DNA of 52,267 nucleotides from Girardia tigrina (Eukaryota): NCBI GenBank assembly GCA_001938485.1, contig MQRK01240224.1, positions 1 to 52,267 of the forward strand, read 5' to 3'. Shown piece by piece: positions 39,837 to 50,552 of this stretch (position 1 is its first letter; each line of letters starts with the position of its first letter). The notes under the pieces were generated by a model. It saw only the letters and a program-made list of their open reading frames with translations, ran no database searches and was not told where the DNA came from. The position numbers and the translations under genes were made by a program.

Positions 39837-40311
39837 AAATATCAGAATTTCATTTATTATTCTTTGATCCAGACAATTTTTGTTTATTTTAGAATATTAT
39901 TTAAATAGAAATTGAAAATAAATATTTTGAACTCATAAATTTTGAGATGTCATTTCTTTGGTTATTCTTATGTCTTTTTAGTTGATAGAATGATCTCACA
40001 TTCTGCAATTAAAATGTCACACAAATGCTTCATTAAAACTACAATGCTTTTTAGAAACTCAGGTCAGTCATTAAATGGTCATTTTATTAGAGATTGAAAG
40101 TTAATTAATCAAATATTTTATCCAGTTTAACAAAAAAATCATAAACTAAGATTTACATTAAATAGTAAGATTTTTCGGAATAATACCTTTTCTGAAATGT
40201 TAAAGATGTAAAGCAAATTTTGGCAAGAATAAATGTTTTAACGTTATACATACGTATGCACCAGTTTTTCCGTTCCGTTTGGAAAATTTTTCAAATGGTT
40301 TTACCATTTTA

Positions 40312-40844
40312 CCACGTTTTTATTAGCTTGCTTTCTTGTCTGTTTGTCTGGAACAAATCTTTCGATTGATTTTTCGACAACTTTCAGTCATCCAATTGAG
40401 CTGAATTTTTTTATACAGGCTTGCTTCCAATGACAATACAATTTGATAAAAAAAAATTGAAAAAAAATAATTTTTTCTAATTTTTTTTGCAAAAAACCAC
40501 TTACGGTTATCTACAAATTTATACACTGTATTAAATAGCAATCTTTTTGTTTATTTTCATGAATGAAGTTAAAACTCTTTCAAATTACCAAATAATTTTA
40601 TTTTGAAGATTAAAATATTTTCAAAACTTTTTTTCAATTATTTTTTTTACATTTTATACACACACACATATGTATATATTGAAATAATCAATGGTTTTTT
40701 GCCACGGTTTTCTTAGCTTGGTTTCTTGTCTGTCTGTCTGTTTGTCTGTCTGGAACAAATCTTGCGATTGATTTTTCGACTACTTTCAGTCATTCAATTG
40801 AGCTGAATTTTTTTATACAGGCTTGCTTCCGATGACAATACAAT
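40312..40844 (+). repeat. Two direct copies (40312-40442 and 40702-40844) of a GTCT-microsatellite-bearing element, Helentron/DINE-1-like
   Basis: Shared CCACG...TTAGCTTG.TTTCTTGTCTGT...CAATTGAGCTGAATTTTTTTATACAGG with a variable (GTCT)n tract. The duplication is seen directly; the family call is inference. Confidence 0.6.
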
Positions 40845-41747
40845 ATTTTAAAACATAAACCGTATATGCTATAATTAAATAGCTTATGTCTTATACGGGA
40901 AAATAATCCGTGTNNNNNNNNNNNNNNNNNNNNNNNNNNNNNNNNNNNNNNNNNNNNNNNNNNNNNNNNNNNNNNNNNNNNNNNNNNNNNNNNNNNNNNN
41001 NNNNNNNNNNNNNNNNNNTTATTATCATTTATGTTATTCGAAATCAATCGAACGATTTGAATTCCTAAATGATAACTAAAAATAGTTAAATAATATTATT
41101 AATAAAAAAATTTTTTTATAAAAACAACCACGTTTTTCAAGCATTACCAATGCACTAAAAAAAGGAAAATAATTTTTTTTCTAGACATGTGAGAAATTAT
41201 GATAACATGAGCCATAACATGGGTATGGTAGAGAAGTAAAATTGCTTCAAAATGATATATAACACTTGACATAATATTTAAAATCCGAGACATGACTGCA
41301 CATTTACCAAAATGCCAAAGAAAACTATACACTTTTGCTGGTCACTGTATTATGTTCAAGAACTTTGTTAAAAACAAACCTACTGTTATAAAATGTTATC
41401 GAATGGTCAAGTAAAAATTATCAATTTAAAAGAAACAACAAAAAAATATCCGTTAATTCCAAGTAAAGTTTTGATCATTGTTTTTTTTCGAAAATACTTT
41501 TCGTCTTATCAAAAGCACCTACTAGAATTTAAAGTCATTGTAGAAAAAGGAAGTTGTTTAAAATATTTTAAATTGTTTTTTAACTCAACTAAGTTCAAAT
41601 CGTACAGTAAAAGAAAACAATTATTTAACTTCGTTAATAAATGGTGACGCGCATAGTTTAATTTAGAAAATTTGTCACGTAAGTTTAATTGTGTTTCCAA
41701 GATTTGTAATTTCGTAATTAAAAAATAATTTTAGGATATTAAATGCA

Positions 41748-41852
41748 GTCACTAAAAAGCGCAAAATCTACGACGAACGTAGAGAATTCCGTAAAGAATG
41801 GATAAATATATCTGCTGTCATCACAAAGGCGAATGAATTATCGTATTTAACA
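41748..41852 (+). pseudogene. hAT (SPIN/GTF2IRD2-like) transposase N-terminal fragment
   Basis: VTKKRKIYDERREFRKEWIN resembles the KKRK...R.F..EW start of these transposases. Confidence 0.45.
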
Positions 41853-44116
41853 CATATTCAAAAAAATGGATTTCTGCTAACTTTTTTGAAAATGATAAAC
41901 TTGAATCTAACTATTTATATATAAGCTCCTACTTAATGTTCCATGTGCATCAGCAAAATTTTCATATTGTGCTTTTTTCGACCACTGCTTAGGAAAAATA
42001 CCTATGGGCAATCTATCTTACTTTGACTTTAAATTTTTTAAAGGAAAAATAAATATATAAAAATTCTAATTGTACATTGGACCAAACAAAACAATTTTCA
42101 CTTTGAACAATTTGTGAAATTTTGATTGCTTAATTTGCTAATCATTGATTAGCATTTTTGCACTTTTTCCTGTAATTTGATGGTTGATATTGATTTTTGA
42201 AGAATTTAAACGTAAATTTGAGGGAGGATAATTTGATTTTAGAAGGTTGTTAAGGTAATTTTGATGGTTTTTAATTTGCACACTTGAACATGTGCTGTAT
42301 TTATTACAACTTTTTGCACTTTTTTCTGTAATTTTGATAGTTTTTAAACGTGCTTTCATTCGTTGTTAAGGTGATTTTTATAGTTACTAAGTACTCGCAA
42401 CTGGTGCTAAGTGTTGCGGACTTTGATTTTCGACTGACCTACTGTGGAATCCGAATGATGTGTGTGTACCTGTTTGGAGACTTGTATTTTTTTTAGTACG
42501 ATTTGTGTTACAAATGATCTTTTAGGCGTATATTATTGTTTTTTTTATTGGTGTCCGTTCCTTTTTCACCTGCAGATATTGTTTTTTTGGTATTCGATCG
42601 TTTATAATATTTGTATTATATTATCCTGACTATAAAAAGAATGCAAAAGTTTCCCTTTGTCTTTGCAAAAAGAAAACGAGCTCCGGAGAGATATATTAGT
42701 TAAAAGAATAAGTAAAAGAAAATCAAAGAAATTATTTCCTACCATTAATAAAAGAAATTATTATAAAGTTTGCCACTGTTTTTTAATTTAAAGTATTGTT
42801 ATTAGCAATACAAAATTAAAAATTAAAGATGATCAATTTAAATCGATCACAAATAATTAAATACTAAATTAACGACAATGACTAGCAATTTCTACTTGTC
42901 AAAATAATCCTCCGTAATCCTTGTACGTCGTTGAATTAATTAATTCAACCGATCATCCAAAAATTACGGAAACAGTCTGTCTTATTCAACAGGACTATTC
43001 AAGTCAAATGCAACTGCATTATAGAACCAAGTCGAAACAAAATATCCGATCGAACGAGCTTCCACAAATTCAAGAAAAAAACATCAATCCGATCTTCTTT
43101 CTTGTGTCCCCACTCAAAAAAACTAGAGAACAAGATTCTACGTTGTGCCAGTGTTTTACCCTCTGATCTCTCAATACCGATCAAGCGTCCTTGTCAAGAA
43201 CAAACATTAAAGTAATTCATACTATTTGTGATCCGTTCAGTGATTGTTTGACTTCTCTATGTAACTATTTTTTTGTTCGTGTGATAACAACTGAAACTCT
43301 TCCATTCTTTCTGTTTTTTTATTGAGTTTAATATAGTTATCGTTACATAGTTTCATTTATTTCTTTTGTTATATTCTTTACGAGATTACGTAATCGAGTT
43401 GATAAGATTCTTTGGTCTTATTAACTCACTTCCGTAATATTAAGGTAACCAGAACCAACCAGAATCTGTGCCAAGGAAATCGTGACCGTCGCCATGGTAA
43501 CCGTTGTCATGATAGCCGTTTGCATATAAACATAATTCCTTCGGGTTGTATGCAACGTTCCCTCTAAGCTGCGAAGTAAGTTTGACCGTGATCCTTTGAC
43601 AAAATGGTAACACATTTCATTCAAATTAGTACAATTCTATACACGAATTTTCATAAATTAATCTCTGTTTCATTATTTATTGGATTTAAAATAAATTATT
43701 TTGTGAGATATTTTTATAAGCTGAATAAACATTTTTCAGAAAAGACATTTCTGTTATTCAAAAGCATCTATTTATATAGTTTTTAAAGGAATTATCGCAA
43801 CAACGGCATTCTATGATATCGTTTAATTGTGATAAACCATCTTTATTTCCGATAAACCTACAACAACTGCTATAATTATTGCTTCTATAACGTATTTCAT
43901 TGAATGAAGTTAAATAACTGTGCTTCTCACGCATTTAAGATATCCGCGCACGTAAAATAAATTAGAGGTAACGTTGGTTGTATGTCGAATAGTCATTTTC
44001 TTCCTACTCTCAATCAATTATTAGAGTCAGGAGAGACTTTAAGACTTAAGATTAACACACCACAAATAAAATTAAAAGGTTTAATAATAAAAACATATCA
44101 GAAAAATTGTATTATA

Positions 44117-45146
44117 TTATATTTGTTTAATATTATGCATTTGTAAAAACGGATGATTCAACACTTCTTCCGCGGTGATTCGTTTTTCCGGATCAACAAC
44201 AAATATTTTAGAAATCTAAATTGAAAATTTTAATATTATAATTATTGGTAACAATGTATAAAATACCAGATCTAATGCTTCTTGAGACAACTTTCCATCA
44301 TCTTTCACTTTAATCGAGTATCTTCCTTCTCTGATGTCCGCGAACATATGTTCTATTTTAGTGCTTTGGTATGGAAAGTAACCTAAAAGCAAGAAAAACA
44401 TAACGACCCTAGCAGACCAAATGTCTGTCGGTTTGCCAAACAAATGTGTTTGATTCTGTGTTACATCCGCCATTTCCGGTGAAATATATATAGGTGTTCC
44501 CCTCACATCTAAATGTTATTATTGTCCAGAGATATCATTATCACAGTAAAAGCTTACATTTCCGTTCGTAAAGATCGTTGTTGGGAACCGACAATTCAAA
44601 GTCGATCACTTTTATGTTATCTTCATCATCCAGTAAAATGTTCTGACGCTTTATATCTGCGTGAATTATGTCTATCGAATGTATAAACTTTATTGCTTCA
44701 AATAGCTGACGCATGATTCGTTTAGTTCGAATTTCTGAAAATTGTCCGTAGAATGCCAAGTCTCCGTTTTTACAACTATGTTAAACGGAATTAGTAACAT
44801 GAAGAATTACAAAAGCTACTTACAGATCCATGACCATGTAAATCTTATCTGCAGTTTCAAAATATTCGTAAACATTAATAATGTAAGGCTGAGCAAGACA
44901 AAGTTTCAACATATTATATTCTTTGCGTGCATTCGAGATTGTATTTCTATCTCCATGTAATGCGGTTACCTTTACTGCGAATTGTTTCTATTTAATTAGT
45001 ATAAAAATTAATTTTAATTGTCAAATACTCACGTCAGTCAAAATTTCTGTACACTTGTATACCGTTTTTAATCTTCTTTTACAGATCAGATCACCACAAA
45101 TATATCTTGCATTAAATCGTTTTGGTAATATCGAATTATTGGACAT
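44117..45146 (-). CDS. Divergent CAMK-group Ser/Thr kinase, phosphorylase kinase gamma-like, 278 aa, 5 exons
   Basis: Exons 45146-45033, 44987-44824, 44775-44558, 44508-44267 and 44215-44117 total 837 nt, ATG to TAA with no internal stop. GT-AG introns of 45, 48, 49 and 51 nt. Motifs FAVK, RKE, HADIKRQNILLDD, DFE, GTPIYISPE, DIWS, DPEKRITAEEVLNHPF. Confidence 0.88.
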
Positions 45147-45291
45147 TTTAATAATTAAAATTAATTAATGATTTAGAAAAGGATAAATATATAATAATTA
45201 TTTATTTATATAAAGATCTATTGCATAATCGATATTACACAATTGTAATTTTTAGAATATTATTTTTTTCCGGATTCTCTTTTAAAATCAG

Positions 45292-45423
45292 CTCGGATCC
45301 GATGATATACGCATCCTAGCGTATGTTGATGACATCGCTATTGTCTCAGACTCGGATTCAAACCTGCAATCCATGATATACCTCGCTTAGAGCATTGGTG
45401 ACACCTTGGGTATGAAGTTCAAA
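45292..45423 (+). pseudogene. Non-LTR retrotransposon RT fragment (YADD region)
   Basis: LGSDDIRILAYVDDIAIVSDSDSNLQSMIYLA*SIGDTLGMKFK. Confidence 0.75.
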
Positions 45424-45434
45424 AGATAATATGG

Positions 45435-45539
45435 TGTCAGAAGTGGGATTTGAACCCACACCTCCAATCGGAGACCAGAACACCCGTAAGTGAAGCTTGC
45501 ACTTGATTCTGGCGCCTTAGACCACTCAGCCATCCTGAC
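45435..45539 (-). tRNA. trnL-CAA: tRNA-Leu(CAA) with a 21-nt intron (45481-45501); possibly a pseudogene
   Basis: GTCAGGATGGCTGAGTGGTCTAAGGCGCCAGAATCAAG-[intron]-TTCTGGTCTCCGATTGGAGGTGTGGGTTCAAATCCCACTTCTGACA. Anticodon at 45503-45505, long variable arm, a few deviations from the animal consensus (for example A at position 32). Confidence 0.92.
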
Positions 45540-45725
45540 AAAAATTGTAAATGAAATTAATAATTCGATCAATCAAAATTTTTTAAAATCATAATCATTA
45601 AATTATATAATTCAATGAAAAATTTTCATAAGAGAAATTAAAATAATAAATTTCTAAAAATGTATAAAATAATCATGAGACCATTAAATTAACTGAGATA
45701 ACGATGAAATGTAATTCAGTGTTTG

Positions 45726-45935
45726 TGAGGGATAATTTGGAATGTTGTAAGTTTGTTGTTTGTATGCTGTTTAGATTGGTGACTCTCCTACTTGATATGT
45801 TATTTGATTGATTATTTGAATCTATTGAAATTAATTTAATGATATTAATTTTAAGTACTAATAAATTAAAGTTTTATAATTATAAATTTTAATAATATTT
45901 TTAGTAAAGGATGTTAACTTATTAAATTTAATATA
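45726..45935 (+). repeat. Unknown two-block dispersed family, copy 6, interrupted by a mariner
   Basis: Closely similar to 1136-1355; similarity stops at the TA where the mariner begins. Confidence 0.8.
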
Positions 45936-47420
45936 CTTATGCTGTCCCAAAATTCCTCAGGTGGCTTTTAAAAACACACTAATATTTTACTAAATTTAAC
46001 CAAATTTGGACTGAATATTATTCAGACTGTCATAAATACTGTGTTAAAATTTCAAAGCATAAAATTTGAAACTTATCAAAAAAATAATATTATTAACCAA
46101 CAAAAAAATTTGATGCAGCAAATTTAAAAATTTATTTAAAAAAAATATTTTAAAAATTTCTTAAGCAACAACGTATTCACCATTGTAGTCAATAACCAAC
46201 TGACAATAGTTAAACAGTTTATCTAGTTGATTTTTTAATGTTTCTGTTGATAAAGAATTAAAAAAGAATTTACAAACTTCTTCAATTTCTTCATGTGATT
46301 TGAAAACATGATTTTTAAAACTTTTCTTCATTTTTGAAAACAAGAATCTGTCACACAGATTAAAATCTCGACTATAGGGCGATTGATAATTTTTTTTCAA
46401 TTGTTCTTCTTTCAAAAAAGAGTTGTTTCTTTGCTAGAATGAGGTCTTGCATTATCATACCACCACTTAAGTTCCTTTAGCTTGATGCTGTTAGATCAAG
46501 TTTCCGCCATTTTTCACCGGTGTCATGAACAAAGTTCACATACGCGTCGGAATCAATCTTGGTACCATATGGCAGTGCTTTTACATTAAAACGTTTGTTG
46601 CAGGTAAAGGTTATGAAAACAAGATATTTTTTATCAGTCATTGGCGATGGCTTTATCCCTTTTAGTGGAACAGTATTAGAAGGAATCCAAACTTTGCGAT
46701 CTTCTTTCTTTCCTCTACCTTGGAAAAAGACCCATGTCTCATCCTCGATCGCTATGTTGGAATATGCTTCATCACCCATCTGTGAAATTACATGGCGTAT
46801 ATGCTTTGCAGTGTTAATGCGTTGTTGTTTATTAGCAGCAGAAAGTTCGTGAGGGACACAAACAGAGCAAACTTTTTTGTAATGAAGTTTTTTACGCCAA
46901 ATTTTGTGGACTGTATTTTTTCCTAAAGAAAGTTCATTTTCAATATAACGCAAATACGCATTTGGAGCTTCATCAATCACTTCTCTGACCGCTTTAATCT
47001 TTTCATCGTCTGTTAATGACGGCCTGCCACTTCTTGATGAATCGTCGAAGGACGTCCGCTTTTCTTTTTTAAAATCAGTCAACCATTGTTGAATATTTTT
47101 CAGTGCTGGGTGATTTGCGTCTTCCCATGCCTGCTGAAGTTGCATAAGAATTTCTGAAGCAGAGAATCCTCTTTTACTTTGAGTTAGAACAAAAAAACTT
47201 TGCAACATTTATTTGGTTCCATTGTTAAAAACCGCTTGATTTGAATTCGCTGCACTTTTAAAATTTCAATACTTTAATAAAACAAAATTTTACTTTTTTA
47301 ATTTTATGCTTTGAAATTTTAACACAGTATTTATGACAGTCTGAATAATATTCAGTCCAAATTTGGTTAAATATTAGTGTGTTTTTAAAGGCCACATTAG
47401 GAATTTTGGGACAGCCTAAG
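45936..47420 (-). mobile_element. Mariner (DD34D) element with long TIRs of about 120-130 bp
   Basis: TIRs about 45936-46066 and 47300-47420 (CTTA(T/G)GCTGTCCCAAAATTCCT...), TA on both flanks. Confidence 0.95.
46161..47222 (-). pseudogene. Mariner transposase pseudogene
   Basis: RSGRP, VPHEL, EDETW, WYDNARPH, SPYSRDFNLCD; 101 nt between D2 and D3 (34 codons minus one base); frameshifts. Confidence 0.92.
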
Positions 47421-48886
47421 TATTAAAAAAATGGGCAAATTAAAAAATCTACATTAATAATTATTGTGAATAAATTTAAATAAATTTGGCAAGTTGTCAG
47501 ATAAAAATTTTGAAGCCAACTAAAGTTAAATCGTCATCGTCAGAACAGGAAAGTTACTTAAATAGTGCAGTTATGGATTATGTAATCAATACGTCATTAG
47601 TACATCATTTAACAACTCTCAACAAAGTTATAGAGAATGCAGTTTTAAGACTAAACTTAGGATCCAAACATATCATATAAAAACGCTTTAAATTTAAATC
47701 TTTTTCAATAATTTTTTTAGTTGAATGCACAGAATTTTAAAGTGTTGTGGATTCATGTCTCCTTAAGAATGTCTTCTATGCCTGGCAAAAATCAACTACC
47801 TTTTGTACATAGAAAGTACTAAAATTCTCAGAAAAGACTTACAGTCAGCCCAGCAATAATAATTAATTATTTAAGATAATGTATAAAGAATTTTTAGCAA
47901 AGAAATTTAAAAACTTTTCCTATTGTTTTATTTTTCAAGTTTTTTCTAATTCTTGTTATTGATTACAAATTTATAAAAAATAAATATTAACAAAAAGATG
48001 AGATGACAGAGTAAACAAACATTTATTAACTGGTTTGTAAATAAAAATAAGAAAAAAATAAGGAAGAGCATCTTATGAGAAGTATGAGAGTCAAATAAAC
48101 TTGTTCCTATTAACAAATACTCTTTTAGTTTTCTTTCAATTAAATAATATATTTGTTCACTAAAAATGGAAAAATTACAGGGAAATAGTTGGTGTGAGAA
48201 AAATTTAATAAATATAAAACGCCAATTTTAAACTTTATCTAAATTAAAATAAAAATTTGAAAAATAAAATAAATTTTAAAAAATTAATAAAATTTAATTT
48301 AGTAATTGTATATGAATATTAAAGATAACCTTAAAAATTCTGTCATTTTCAAAATTTATTGTTGTAATTAATTTTGGTGGATTCCTCGTTCGTAATGATT
48401 ATGATAAAAAATATTTAGAAAATAATTTTGAAAAGAAATTCATATTTACTCTCAACAGCTTTTTTGGTATTAGGGATTTTATTAACAAATTTGAAAAGTT
48501 TAAACAAATATTCTAAGTTATGCTATCAAAAAACGTTTTGATTAGTTGTGGTGGATCATCTTAAGCCTCCCCGGACTGAGACAGATAACTGTATATACAT
48601 AGTAATCTACGATACTCAGCATTGACGCACATTATAGTGAATCATACATCGAGTAGAAACCTCAAAAAATACTGCTGCTTCTGGTCTTATCAAACGGATT
48701 TCAATTAAGACTGCTAGTCTTTACTTCACCGGCAAGTTTTGCTTTGCATATAAATAATTACAAATCATGATCCCTTGTACCATTGCTTTGAAGAGCTATG
48801 ACTGTTTAAGTGCACTTAGTGCAACAGGGAAAGGGATATTCGAATATCCATCTATCCGTTATAATATTCAGCTTATAAGCCAAAAC

Positions 48887-49280
48887 CTAACGGATAACAT
48901 GAAATAGTAGGACACCTACTATTTTAATAGTAGGTGGAAAAAAAATTGAAAAGCCGCCCAATATTGGTTTACACCTACTATTTGGTGCTTTTGTTTTGAA
49001 CTTGTNNNNNNNNNNNNNNNNNNNNNNNNNNNNNNNNNNNNNNNNNNNNNNNNNNNNNNNNNNNNNNNNNNNNNNNNNNNNNNNNNNNNNNNNNNNNNNN
49101 NNNNNNNNNNNNNNNNNNNNNNNNNNNNNNNNNNNNNNNNNNNNNNNNNNNNNNNNNNNNNNNNNCGATACACCTACTATTTGATTCCACCTACTATTTT
49201 AATAGTAGGTGGAAAATTTTTTGAAAACTTCATTACACCTACTATTTCATGTCCACCTACTATTTGATGTTATCCGTTAG
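48887..49280. mobile_element. MITE with TIRs and internal CACCTACTATTT repeats (Mutator-like architecture), gapped
   Basis: CTAACGGATAACAT(G/C)AAATAGTAGG at both ends in inverted orientation; no clear TSD. Confidence 0.75.
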
Positions 49281-49930
49281 TTCAGGATCACTCTTTAACT
49301 ACTCTCGTCAGCAGTACCGACAGGTACTGGTACATCATTATTTACGATTGGATTTAAAGTATCTGTACGTCTTTAATCTGAGATGTTTTGAGGATTTACG
49401 GTACTATCAGTACCATTAACATTTATGTGATGATAATTAGCAGAATATAGAGAGTACTTAAATTGGAGAGGGGTTCTGGACAAAGATGAAAAATTTAAAC
49501 TCCTGCTTAAAAGCAATGTTACCCAAAAACTGGAAGACAATGTTGAACAAAGAAATGAAAACCGAAAATTCCTCCACTTCATTTCATGAGAATAAACTGT
49601 AGTTTCCTTTTTCTATGAATAATTTACTGAATAAAAGAAATTAAAGATATACAAATGATGCATATCTGAACATGACACCTCAGCAACAGATTTGTGGGAT
49701 TTTTATATATGATAAATACAGAAAAATTCCAAAAGTTATAAAAATAAGCATGGTTGCTGAGGCATATTTTAGTTGGATCATCTTAACGATTTCTAGATAA
49801 TATTTTTATACTTTTTCAATATTTCAACACAATAAAATATTTATTATCAAATTAAAATCTTAAAATTTCATTAATATTTGTTCGAATAAAACCGATTTTA
49901 AACTTTTATTTTATTTTTAATTCAAGAAAG

Positions 49931-50026
49931 ATGTTGAAGTATGAAAGTCTTAGTACGGATTGCTTAGAGAATGATTCAAATTATTATAATAATAAAGATT
50001 GTAAAGAATGTGTGAGTGCCTTTTAG
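49931..50026 (+). repeat. Unknown two-block family, block-B-like copy
   Basis: MLKYESLSTDCLENDSNYYNNKDCKECVSAF* resembles block B of the other copies (KY..LS..C, CVS). Confidence 0.35.
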
Positions 50027-50210
50027 ACTTCATAAATTCATGGTAATCTAAATATAATGACTTGTATACCGTTAACAACGGATAATTTGTGCCTTTATTA
50101 TATAGAATGTAGGAGTGAATTTTTTCTCTGTATTAAACTAAAATCATTTATAAAGAAAATTAAAAAAAAATCTCGAAAAGTTCTTTTATTTTTCTTTTTG
50201 TTATGATAAT

Positions 50211-50452
50211 TTAAATGTATCTTTTTTTCTTTCTAAGGGTGATCCAGTCATTGACAATTTTGAAGTTGTTAGGTTTGATGTGTTTGTCACACGTATTCTC
50301 AATGGCATTATGACAGGTCTTAATTTCCCTAAAGCCGGAGCCAAAGAGGTCACCAAAACAACACATATTTTGACCACAATCAGAATTGACTCGACATGGA
50401 ACACCAACTCTGTGAATTTCATTTAAATTAACAGATGAACATTGTCCAAAAT
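50211..50452 (-). CDS. Probable terminal exon of a small six-cysteine (knottin/prokineticin-like) peptide gene; 5' part not found
   Basis: After the acceptor-like TTCTTATTCAG: FGQCSSVNLNEIHRVGVPCRVNSDCGQNMCCFGDLFGSGFREIKTCHNAIENTCDKHIKPNNFKIVNDWITLRKKKRYI*. AATAAA lies 20 nt after the stop (50185-50190). Absent from the ORF track because it lacks an early start codon. Confidence 0.6.
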
Positions 50453-50552
50453 CTGAATAAGAAATTTATAATTAATAATATGTTATGGTAAAATATGGTA
50501 TTTTATAGATGATTATTGAATTTATTAAAAAAGGTGATAAATCATTTGAATA

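Noticed and set aside
42900-43625. Moderately GC-rich segment with several short ORFs
   Set aside because: No consistent frame, splice structure or recognisable domain found by eye.
49679-49761. 10-bp inverted repeat CCTCAGCAAC / GTTGCTGAGG about 60 nt apart
   Set aside because: Too short to support a miRNA hairpin or MITE call without extended pairing or a TSD.
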